This document shows, in pieces, positions 50,611 to 60,373 of a stretch of 64,000 nucleotides of DNA; positions within the stretch are counted from its first letter, which is position 1, and each line of letters starts with the position of its first letter. The stretch spans positions 128,001-192,000 of the forward strand of contig CAVWIP010000001.1 in NCBI GenBank assembly GCA_963755125.1. Direction: 5' to 3'. Under the pieces are notes generated by a model. It was given only the letters and a program-made list of their open reading frames with translations. It searched no databases and was not told the origin of the DNA. The stretch comes from an uncultured delta proteobacterium (GTDB taxonomy: Bacteria > Myxococcota_A > Polyangia > Fen-1088). The position numbers were made by a program, and so were the translations under genes.

Positions 50611-51890
50611 ACAAGAATGATTCTGCTGCTGGTCCGCCTTCCCCTGTACCGCCCGAGACCGTCGCGATTCCTGGGACGGCCAATAGTCGCCCGCCGGCGG
50701 AGAATCAGGAGGGCCACGATCCGACGCTCAAGTGGTGCATTCCGGATCTGCACGGCCATCGCGCGCTGGCTTTGCCGCTGGCGAGCCAGCCACTAGTGAG
50801 TGAGCCCGGCTCCGACCAGCCTAGCGCGGGAACGCCCGTTGCATCGAGTTCGCCCGAAACTCCCGCCGAGAGCGCGATCAAGGGAGCGCTGCCAGAGGCC
50901 ATCCAAGAATCCGCACGCGACACTTCTTCGCCACGAGGCGAGAGCTTCGAGATCATTGTTGCCGATGGCCCGCCGGAAGATGGTGAGGACGAGCCACCTG
51001 GCGCGACGGACGAGATGGCAAGCGTGACTCCGCCGCCCCTGCCAGAGATGCGGACCGTGGTTCCGCCACCTCCACGGGAAGCGGAGGCCGTGACTCCGCC
51101 ACCCATACGAGAAGTGGAGGTCGTGACTCCGCCACCTCGACCAGAAGCGCGGACGGTAACTGTGCTGCCGAAACGAGAGGCGGAGGTCGTGACTCCACCG
51201 CCGAAACGAGAAGTGGAGGTCGTGACTCCACCACCTCGACCAGAAGCGCGGACGGTAACTGTGCTGCCGAAACGAGAGGCGGAGGTCGTGACTCCACCGC
51301 CGAAACGAGAAGTGGAGGTCGTGACTCCACCACCTCGACCAGAAGCGCGGACGGTAACTGTGCTGCCGAAACGAGAGGCGGAGGTCGTGACTCCGCCGCC
51401 CAGGCGAGAATCAGTCGCCCCCACTCCGCTGGCCGAGCAAGCCCCGGCGACATCACCCCGCTTGGTGGCGGAAACCGGGGTGATGACAGGGCAGGGCGGA
51501 GACGCCTCTCGTCCAGCTTCGCAGGCAACTCTCAGGACCGGCGCTCTGCCAGAGGCCCCGATAAGGATGGCCGAGACCGCCGAGGTTGTTGAGGGCGAAT
51601 TCGAGGTCATGGAGCCTGCCGATACGCCATCGACCCCAGCAGCATCGACGGCCCCAACACCGCCGCCGGTACCCGGCATTGCCGGGGCGCTGGCGGTACC
51701 GTCGCAGCCGCGGGGGCGAGAATCTCCCTCGGAGGCAGGCGGATCCGTCGGGCGTGAAACCGCCCCACCATTGTGCGTGAGGCGCCACTCCTTCCCGAAG
51801 CCCTGTCCCGCCGGCCCCTCAAGAAGAGGCTCAAGCCGTGGTTCGAGGAGGTCTTCGACGAGGACTATCTGCGCACCCTGCCTTTCATGA
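50607..51890 (+). CDS. Pro/Glu-rich low-complexity ORF, probably the 5' part of the downstream methyltransferase gene split by a frameshift
   Basis: ATGA overlap with the psd stop; disordered composition; overlaps the methyltransferase ORF by 118 nt. Confidence 0.6.
   Translation: MNKNDSAAGPPSPVPPETVAIPGTANSRPPAENQEGHDPTLKWCIPDLHGHRALALPLASQPLVSEPGSDQPSAGTPVASSSPETPAESAIKGALPEAIQESARDTSSPRGESFEIIVADGPPEDGEDEPPGATDEMASVTPPPLPEMRTVVPPPPREAEAVTPPPIREVEVVTPPPRPEARTVTVLPKREAEVVTPPPKREVEVVTPPPRPEARTVTVLPKREAEVVTPPPKREVEVVTPPPRPEARTVTVLPKREAEVVTPPPRRESVAPTPLAEQAPATSPRLVAETGVMTGQGGDASRPASQATLRTGALPEAPIRMAETAEVVEGEFEVMEPADTPSTPAASTAPTPPPVPGIAGALAVPSQPRGRESPSEAGGSVGRETAPPLCVRRHSFPKPCPAGPSRRGSSRGSRRSSTRTICAPCLS
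51107..51400. repeat. About 3 x 99-bp near-perfect tandem repeat built from 33-bp subunits
   Basis: ACGAGAAGTGGAGGTCGTG recurs at 51107, 51206 and 51305; encodes REVEVVTPPPRPEARTVTVLPKREAEVVTPPPK. Confidence 0.93.
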
Positions 51891-52579
51891 CCGCCCAGCA
51901 GACGCTGCGGGAGACGGCCTTCATGAAGGAGGCGCTGTCTCCGCCAGTTGCGGGCGAAGTGCTGGACATTGCGTGCGGCTACGGCCGACATGCAATCGAG
52001 TTCGGCCAGCGTGGATTCCGGGTGACGGGGCTCGATCTGTCTTTGCCACTTCTCATCCGTGCCGCCGACGAAGCCCAGCGTCGGGCACTGTCGGTCAATT
52101 TTGTGCATGCAGATATGCGCGAAATGACCTACTACGGCCAGTTCGATGCCGCCTACTGCGTTCTCACATCGTTCGGCTACTTCGACGAGGAAACCAACCT
52201 GCACGTCGCCTCGTCGATCTGTCGCGCGCTGAAACCTGGAGGGCGGTTCCTGGTTGACACCATCAACCGGGACTACATCGTGTCCGATCTGCCCAGCCGG
52301 GTCTGGTGGGAAGGCGACGGCTGCGTGGTGCTAGAGGAGGTGGATTTCGACTTCCATACGAGCAGGGTCTTGATTCGCCGTTCAATCGTCTTCGGGGATG
52401 GACGCCAGGTCGAGAACGAGATTTCGATTCGTGCCTACAGCCTTCACGAGATGGGCAGGGTCTTGCGTCGAGCCGGGTTCCAAGTACTTGAAGTCTCTGG
52501 AAGTCTGGCAAACAAGGAGCCGTTTCTTGGAGCCGCGTCGCGTCATGTCGTCCTGGTTTGTGAGCGTCAGTTGACGTAA
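51773..52579 (+). CDS. Class I SAM-dependent methyltransferase domain
   Basis: VLDIACGYGRH, GLDLS, ADMR, SFGYF, LKPGGRF. Confidence 0.88.
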   Translation: MREAPLLPEALSRRPLKKRLKPWFEEVFDEDYLRTLPFMTAQQTLRETAFMKEALSPPVAGEVLDIACGYGRHAIEFGQRGFRVTGLDLSLPLLIRAADEAQRRALSVNFVHADMREMTYYGQFDAAYCVLTSFGYFDEETNLHVASSICRALKPGGRFLVDTINRDYIVSDLPSRVWWEGDGCVVLEEVDFDFHTSRVLIRRSIVFGDGRQVENEISIRAYSLHEMGRVLRRAGFQVLEVSGSLANKEPFLGAASRHVVLVCERQLT

Positions 52580-52875
52580 ATCGGATAACTCAGGGAGTTA
52601 TTTGCGGATTTCCGTGCCGCGACTGCACGATCCGGCGGCTTCGCGACACTAACGTCTTGGAAACAGGGGCGTCAGTTCGGAACGCGCAGGGTGGCTCCGA
52701 CTTGCCACCGGCGTTGCGCTAGCCCTGTCGCATTTGACGCCTCTGAAACCAACGACGGGAGTCAAACATCAAAGTGTACGAGAGAGAATAAGCGCTGCCA
52801 GGAATATTCTGGCGCCCCGGACCGTATACGTGTAGTAGGGGAGGCCTAAAGTCGTCTATCCAAAGAGAAGAAGCA

Positions 52876-54438
<1,563 letters not shown>

Positions 54439-54501
54439 TTTGATCCCGGTGGATGTGTCTGCCGGGACACAACTTAGGGCCGAGTCGGACGATGATCCGA
54501 C

Positions 54502-56919
54502 ATGGTCTTCGCTATATGGGTCTGCGCGTTCGCTTGCGGGATCGCCGTCGCGATTCTCTCTGCGGCCTATGTCGCGGCCGGGTTCGGGCTGGTGGCGCTC
54601 GGGCTGCTGGCCTGGAGTCTGAGCCGTCGCGCGTGGGTCACTGCAGTCGCGGCAGGAGCGCTGGCGGCAGGTGCCGGGCTCGGTATTCGAGCGGTTCGTG
54701 AGTGCGAGGCCCCATCGTGGGCCGTGCCCGAAGACACGCTGGTTCGGCTGTCAGGCCAGGTCGTCATGGGGCCGGAGGCAGGCGCAGGGCAGGGGGAGAG
54801 CAAGAAGATACGGTTCCTGCTGGCGGTTCACTCGCTCGACGGATCTCCCCTGAACGTCAGTGCGGTGGTGACCGTGACAGAGGGCGTGCCCGATCTGGCA
54901 CCAGGGGATGAGGTGGCGTTCAGCGCACGGCTTTTCCTGCCGCGCGGGTTCGCCAATCCCGGCTTGCCCGATGCGCGCCTTCTCTCCAAGGCACAGGGCG
55001 TGGACCTGCTCGCCGGCGTCCGGAGCGCAGCAGACATCCAAATCGTCTCTGGGCTGGAGGGCTCGGGATGGCCGCCGCGACGTCTGGCCTTTCGCCTGCG
55101 CTCGGCCATGGCACGGGTGATCGATCAGCGCCTCGCCGGTCCTGCGGCCGCATTCGTGCGCACCATGGTGCTGGGCGAGCGCACCGAGGTGTCACCCGAG
55201 GTCGAAGAGGGGTTTCGCGCGGCCGGGGCCACGCACGTTCTGTCGGTTTCGGGACTGCACCTGGCGGTTGTCGCAGCGCTGGTCTTCGGGCTGTTGCGCC
55301 GGCTGGCCCTGTTGGTCCCCCAATGGGCTTTACGCATGAATGCCACGGCGCTGGCCGCTGCGCTGTCGCTGCCCGCGGTGGCGCTGTACACCTTGCTCAC
55401 TGGCGAGGCCATGGCCACCCTGCGCTCGGCTTTCATGGCTGTGGTCGCGTTGGGCGCGATGCTGGTCAATCGACCGTTCTCCCTCGCGGCCAGCATCGCG
55501 TTCGCCGCGCTGGTCTTGTTGGTGCAATCGCCGCTGGCTCTGCTCGATGTCTCGTTTCAGCTTTCCTTTGCCTCGGTGATTGCCTTGGGCTTCTTTGCGC
55601 AGCGGTTTTCGCCTGCGGCACCGCCCAAAGGTGCAAGATGGTGGCGGCGGGCTCTGGGGTGGCTTGGCCGCTGTCTGGCCGCAAGTTCCGTCGCGAGCCT
55701 GAGCACCATGCCACTCGTGGCACACCATTTTGGCGAGGTGACGCCTGTTGCGCCGGTCGGCAACTTAGTGCTGGTACCGCTGGTCGAACTGGCGGTCTTG
55801 CCTTGCGGGTTGGTGGGCGCGCTCTTGGCCCTCGCCCATCCGGTACTCGGGGCTGCGCCGCTCTGGATCGCGGGTGTGGCTTCGCAAGCGGCGCTCTACG
55901 GGGCCGAGGGATTTCGGCGTCTGGCGCCCATCATTCTGGTTCGCTATCCCAACCTGCTCGAAAGCGCGGCGTTGGTGGCCAGCGCGGGATTTCTTCTTTA
56001 CGGGCTGTCACGGGGCACGGGTCGGCGATTGCGCTGGCTGCTGTCGGCATTCTTGGCCTGCTTGCTGGCTACGGGCAGCCTGGTGGTGCGCGACCTGCGC
56101 CGCAGGACAGCCGACGAAATGCGCGTGACTTTCATCGACGTGGGGCAGGGGGATTCGGCCCTGCTGGAAGGGCCCGGTGGGTTCGTCATGCTGGTCGACG
56201 GCGGTGGTCGTTACGATGATTCCTTCGATACCGGGGCGCGCGTGGTGGAGCCGGTGCTGCGCGCGCGTGGCATCGGACGCGTCGATCTGGTCGTGCTTTC
56301 CCACCCGCACCCCGACCATCTCAACGGCCTCTTGCGCGTGCTGGCGCGTTTCGAGGTGGGCACTCTGTGGACCAGCGGCGATGATGGCCACAACCCGAAA
56401 TACCGCGAGCTGTTGGCGCTGGCGCATCAGCGTGGGGTCGCCACGCCGGTGCCGGCCGGGTTCGACAAAGAGGGCGTGCGGGTCGAACCACTGGGCCCGT
56501 GGGTCGGCGATGTCATCGGCCCGCCGCCGGGCCTGGACGCGAACAACGCCTCGCTGGTGGTGCGCGCGAGCTATGCCGGCCACGCGGTGCTGTTCACCGG
56601 CGACATCGGTGAAGACGGGGAGGCCGAGCTGGTGGCGCGAGGGGAAACGGGCTTGGCCATCGCCAGCGACGTGCTCAAGGTTCCCCATCACGGCAGCCGG
56701 ATGTCGTCGGGGGATGAGTTCCTGGCGGCCGTGCAGCCAAGCACGGCGGTCGTATCGGTGGGCAAGCACAACACTTTCCATCTGCCCAGCCCGGCGACCT
56801 TGGCCCGATACGCCGCGCGGAACACAGGTGTGCATCGCACGGATCTGGAAGGTGCGGTCACAGTAGCCGTCAATGCGCAAGGGCGCCTATCGGTGACCTG
56901 CGTTCGGGGGTGCCGATGA
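54502..56919 (+). CDS. comEC: DNA uptake competence protein ComEC/Rec2
   Basis: HVLSVSGLH, SFQLSF, DVGQGD, SHPHPDH, KVPHHGS. Confidence 0.93.
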   Translation: MVFAIWVCAFACGIAVAILSAAYVAAGFGLVALGLLAWSLSRRAWVTAVAAGALAAGAGLGIRAVRECEAPSWAVPEDTLVRLSGQVVMGPEAGAGQGESKKIRFLLAVHSLDGSPLNVSAVVTVTEGVPDLAPGDEVAFSARLFLPRGFANPGLPDARLLSKAQGVDLLAGVRSAADIQIVSGLEGSGWPPRRLAFRLRSAMARVIDQRLAGPAAAFVRTMVLGERTEVSPEVEEGFRAAGATHVLSVSGLHLAVVAALVFGLLRRLALLVPQWALRMNATALAAALSLPAVALYTLLTGEAMATLRSAFMAVVALGAMLVNRPFSLAASIAFAALVLLVQSPLALLDVSFQLSFASVIALGFFAQRFSPAAPPKGARWWRRALGWLGRCLAASSVASLSTMPLVAHHFGEVTPVAPVGNLVLVPLVELAVLPCGLVGALLALAHPVLGAAPLWIAGVASQAALYGAEGFRRLAPIILVRYPNLLESAALVASAGFLLYGLSRGTGRRLRWLLSAFLACLLATGSLVVRDLRRRTADEMRVTFIDVGQGDSALLEGPGGFVMLVDGGGRYDDSFDTGARVVEPVLRARGIGRVDLVVLSHPHPDHLNGLLRVLARFEVGTLWTSGDDGHNPKYRELLALAHQRGVATPVPAGFDKEGVRVEPLGPWVGDVIGPPPGLDANNASLVVRASYAGHAVLFTGDIGEDGEAELVARGETGLAIASDVLKVPHHGSRMSSGDEFLAAVQPSTAVVSVGKHNTFHLPSPATLARYAARNTGVHRTDLEGAVTVAVNAQGRLSVTCVRGCR

Positions 56920-56923
56920 CCGG

Positions 56924-58201
56924 CTACTCGTCGAACATGGTCTCGTCGGAGGCGTCAGGAAGTTCTTGCCGTGCGCCAGTGAGATCGGCCGTGGTCTTGC
57001 GCAGACGCTGGGCCAGCACCTGCACGAAGCTCCACAACAACTTCACCGACAGACGCGGTTCGTTGCGAATGATTTCGTTGAATTCCTGGCGGCGCAGTAC
57101 CAGGGCGCGGGTGCGGTCCTCAACCGAGGCGCTGACCGAACGCGGTCGCTTGTCGATGAGGGCCATCTCGCCGAAATGCGTGCCGGGTCCGAGTTGGGTG
57201 ACGAAGGCCCCGTCCTTGTGCAGCCGAACCTTGCCTTTGAGCAGGATGAACAGGTCATCGCCCGGCTGACCCTCGCGCAGGATCTCGTCGCCGGTGTTGA
57301 AATCCACGACCTTGGTGACCGACAGGACGCGCAGGATTTCCTTGTAGGTGAGGTGGCGGAAGAGCGGCATCTGCCGCAAGACCTCGACCTTGCGGTTGAG
57401 TTCCTGGGCGCGCGTCTGCCCCGCATCGGTCGTGTCGACCTGTACGCGCAGAATGACTGCGGTGATGTTGTCCTGACCGCCGCCCTTGTTGGCATGGTCA
57501 ACCAGCTTCTGCGGAATGGCGGTCACGTGGTCGCCGCCGAGGAAGCTGGTGACATCCTTGTCCTGCAAGTAGGCGTGCAATCCGTCCGAGCAAAGCAGGA
57601 ACTGGTCGCCGGGCAGGACTTCCAGGTCGATGGTATCGACCTGTGTCGTCTCGTACACGCCAAGCGCGCGCGTGACGGCGTTCTTGTACGAGGCGTAGGG
57701 CGAGGCAGCCAGCGACTCGCGCGTGACCTTGCCGTGGCGGATCAGCTCGTTGACCAGCGAGTGGTCCTCGGTCAGTTGCACGGTTTGGTTTTGCCTGACC
57801 ATGTAGACCCGACTGTCACCGACGTGGGCGATGAAGGCGCGCTCGCCCACTAGCAAGAGAGCCGACAAGGTGGTGCCCATGCCGCGCTTCTCGCGCTCCT
57901 TCTGTCCGCGCTCGAAGATGGTGACCCCGGCCTGTTGTACGGCGTTTTCCATCGCCGCGAGGATGTCTTGCGTCGTGATGCCATCTTCATGGCGCGCATA
58001 TCCGTCCAGCAGATCCTTTCGGGCCTCCATCGCGTTGCGAAAATCGGTCACCGCGATCTGCGATGCGATTTCGCCCGAGGCATGGCCCCCCATGCCGTCG
58101 GCGACCGCAAAGAGCGACAACTTCTTGTCGATGAGGAAGTTGTCCTCGTTGTGTTGTCGCTTCCGACCGACGTCGGTCGCGGCCCAGAAACTCAGATCCA
58201 T
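56924..58201 (-). CDS. PP2C-type Ser/Thr phosphatase fused to a C-terminal cyclic-nucleotide-binding domain
   Basis: TDVGRKR.HNED, VADGMGG, HVGDSR, CSDGL, GG.DN; FGEMALID..PRS. Confidence 0.92.
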   Translation of the reverse strand: MDLSFWAATDVGRKRQHNEDNFLIDKKLSLFAVADGMGGHASGEIASQIAVTDFRNAMEARKDLLDGYARHEDGITTQDILAAMENAVQQAGVTIFERGQKEREKRGMGTTLSALLLVGERAFIAHVGDSRVYMVRQNQTVQLTEDHSLVNELIRHGKVTRESLAASPYASYKNAVTRALGVYETTQVDTIDLEVLPGDQFLLCSDGLHAYLQDKDVTSFLGGDHVTAIPQKLVDHANKGGGQDNITAVILRVQVDTTDAGQTRAQELNRKVEVLRQMPLFRHLTYKEILRVLSVTKVVDFNTGDEILREGQPGDDLFILLKGKVRLHKDGAFVTQLGPGTHFGEMALIDKRPRSVSASVEDRTRALVLRRQEFNEIIRNEPRLSVKLLWSFVQVLAQRLRKTTADLTGARQELPDASDETMFDE

Positions 58202-58298
58202 GGTATGTCCTGCACGGTGACCGCTTCGCCGAAACGAGCCTGAATAGCATCTATCCCCGGGGCCAGCAAGAACTGGCGCGGCAAGGCGGATGCCGGTC

Positions 58299-58326
58299 TT
58301 GACACGCCCAGCACGACTGCTACAAC
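58299..58326 (+). promoter_or_regulatory. Probable promoter of the tRNA-Gln/tRNA-Glu pair
   Basis: TTGACA (58299-58304), 16 nt spacer, TACAAC preceded by TGC. Confidence 0.5.
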
Positions 58327-58363
58327 TTTCCTTCCCGCCGCGGACCGCCTCGGCGCGGAGAAC

Positions 58364-58434
58364 TCGGGGATCGTCTAATGGCAGGACGCCAGACTCTGGA
58401 TCTGGCTATCAAGGTTCGAATCCTTGTCCCCGAA
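58364..58434 (+). tRNA. tRNA-Gln (anticodon CTG), CCA not encoded
   Basis: Acceptor stem TCGGGGA/TCCCCGA, anticodon arm CCAGA-CTCTGGA-TCTGG, T-loop TTCGAAT. Confidence 0.95.
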
Positions 58435-58470
58435 CACAATCTAGCGTGAGAGAATTTGAAAGTTACGACT

Positions 58471-58542
58471 GGCCCCATGGTCTAGCGGTTAGGACGGCGC
58501 CCTCTCACGGCGTAATCTCGGGTTCAAGTCCCGATGGGGTCA
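58471..58542 (+). tRNA. tRNA-Glu (anticodon CTC), CCA not encoded; probable integration target
   Basis: Acceptor stem GGCCCCA/TGGGGTC, anticodon arm GCGCC-CTCTCAC-GGCGT, T-loop TTCAAGT. Confidence 0.95.
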
Positions 58543-58558
58543 CAACGATTCTAGGTGG

Positions 58559-59662
58559 TTACGCCCGATTTTCCGTGTTTTGCCACGGATTTGCCACGGC
58601 GGGGGCGTCCAGAGCCCTGATCAGATCGGCCCCACTGCCCGGCGACAGGTGGGCGTAGCGCATGGTCATGGTGATGGTCGAGTGTCCCATCCACTGCTGT
58701 ATCTGCGGAATGTGCACGCCCCGCATCGCCAGGTGCGAAGCGAAGGTGTGCCGCAGATCGTGCCACCGGATCTCGCGAATCCCCGCCCGTCTGCACGCGC
58801 CCCACAGCCGCTCGTGTAGCTGGTCTATCTTCAACGCTGAGCCGTCCGGGTTGCAGAAGACCAGCTTCGATCGCAGATGACGGATCCGCTTCAGGCCGGC
58901 GTCCAGGGAAGCCGAGAGAGGCACCCGCCGTTCCCGCCCGCTCTTGGTCGGACCGACCACGCCCCGTGTGGAGCTGCGCCGAAACACCACCAACCGACTG
59001 CAGAAGTCCACGTCGCCCCACTGCAAAGCGAGCTGCTCGCCCGCCCGCGCGCCCGTGTGGAGCGCGAACAGGATAGACACCTCGACATCCTCGGAACGCG
59101 CTCCAGCCGCTTGCAGGACCTTCTGCGCCTCTTCTGGCGTGAGGAAGTCCCACTCGGGCTGCGGCACCTTCATGCGAGGCAGGACAGGCAGCGCGGCGAG
59201 GTACTCCCATTCGACAGCCGAGGCCAAGATCCGCCGCAACGTCCCCAAGATGTTTTTCAACGTCTTGGGCTTCAGCTTCGACTCGTCCCGCAGCCGCGCC
59301 ACCAGCTTGCCGACCACCTCGCCCCGGATCTTGTCCAGGGTCAGGCGGCCAAGCGTGGGCTTCAGGTGCAGCCGCAAGTGGATCTCCTTCTCCTCGACCG
59401 TGCTGGGCCGGTTCCCGACCGAGCTGGGGTACATGGGCCACCAGACCTCGTCGACGAACTTCTGAAAAGTGGGCACCTCCTTCTTCGTTTGCTCGGCGGG
59501 GGAGGGCGAGAGCACACGGATGATGTGCTCTCGCTCCGCAACCTCGGCCGCCTGTTTGGTGTTCAGCGTTGGCGAGCCGCTGATACGGATCCTGCCCCCG
59601 TCGGGCAGTTTCACTATTTTTCTGTATCGCCATCGTCCTTCACGATCGCGTCTTGCCGGCAT
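58559..59662 (-). CDS. Tyrosine recombinase/integrase
   Basis: Full catalytic set: TGAR.GE, PTKSG, HDLRHT, MGH, MRY. Confidence 0.95.
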   Translation of the reverse strand: MPARRDREGRWRYRKIVKLPDGGRIRISGSPTLNTKQAAEVAEREHIIRVLSPSPAEQTKKEVPTFQKFVDEVWWPMYPSSVGNRPSTVEEKEIHLRLHLKPTLGRLTLDKIRGEVVGKLVARLRDESKLKPKTLKNILGTLRRILASAVEWEYLAALPVLPRMKVPQPEWDFLTPEEAQKVLQAAGARSEDVEVSILFALHTGARAGEQLALQWGDVDFCSRLVVFRRSSTRGVVGPTKSGRERRVPLSASLDAGLKRIRHLRSKLVFCNPDGSALKIDQLHERLWGACRRAGIREIRWHDLRHTFASHLAMRGVHIPQIQQWMGHSTITMTMRYAHLSPGSGADLIRALDAPAVANPWQNTENRA

Positions 59663-59864
59663 GGATTCCTCCAGGGGGCGCGACGCAGCCTTGCTGTAGG
59701 AAGGACGCTACCACGTTGCGGGATATTCGGATGACCCGCCCGACTCGCAACGCCGGAAAGCGCCCGGCTTTGATCTCGGCGTAGAGCGTTTTCACGTTCA
59801 CGCCGATCGCAGCCGCGGCTTCCCTGACTGTGAGGACGGGACGATCTGGGAGTGGTTCGAGCAT
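59640..59864 (-). CDS. Excisionase-like HTH protein
   Basis: LTVREAAAAIGVNVKTLYAEIKAGRFPALRVGRVIRI; overlaps the integrase start. Confidence 0.88.
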   Translation of the reverse strand: MLEPLPDRPVLTVREAAAAIGVNVKTLYAEIKAGRFPALRVGRVIRISRNVVASFLQQGCVAPPGGIHAGKTRS

Positions 59865-59878
59865 GGGGGCACCTTCGC

Positions 59879-60373
59879 CTAGAAAGGCACGTCCTCAGAC
59901 GGCACTGGACCAGCGTCTGAAGGGCCGGAGTTACCAGAATTGCCGTTTCTGCCGCCGCCTTTTGTCGGTTCAGACAGAGGCTCCTGCTCGTCGGCAAAAA
60001 TCTCGTAGAGCTGAAACTTGCGTTTGTTGTAGAGCTGCTTAACGCCGGCCGGGTTGATGAATACCCGGCTGCCCACCCTCACGGTGCGCAGGTCACGCAG
60101 GCCCGCGCGCTCCGAAACCCCAATGATAGACCCCGTGTCAGCCTCTCGGATGGCGAATGCGTTGTACACGTCGCCGCTCGGGTGGTGCTCCTGTCGGCCT
60201 TTCCAGATCAGCGTTCCGTCGATGGGGCCGTCTTCTGGTCTGAACCACCGGGTGATGTCCGGCCGGTCCACGCGGTTCGCGTTCTTGATCCATTCTGGTA
60301 GCCGTACTTTACTCAAGACCTGCGCGATGGTTTCGGGTTGTCTCGTCGTCTCGGAACTCTCGGTATCACTCAT
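59879..60373 (-). CDS. Putative single-stranded DNA-binding protein
   Basis: Beta-rich core, Gly/Ser/Asn linker and acidic-aromatic tip EDVPF; ATGA-coupled to the rep stop. Confidence 0.6.
   Translation of the reverse strand: MSDTESSETTRQPETIAQVLSKVRLPEWIKNANRVDRPDITRWFRPEDGPIDGTLIWKGRQEHHPSGDVYNAFAIREADTGSIIGVSERAGLRDLRTVRVGSRVFINPAGVKQLYNKRKFQLYEIFADEQEPLSEPTKGGGRNGNSGNSGPSDAGPVPSEDVPF

Noticed and set aside
51107..51400. 99-bp repeats considered as CRISPR or an insertion element
   Set aside because: The units repeat in full with no unique spacers, and the period is a multiple of three inside an ORF.
52587..52605. Hairpin ATAACTC-AGG-GAGTTAT after the methyltransferase
   Set aside because: The stem is AT-rich and weak with only a short T run; not enough to call a terminator.
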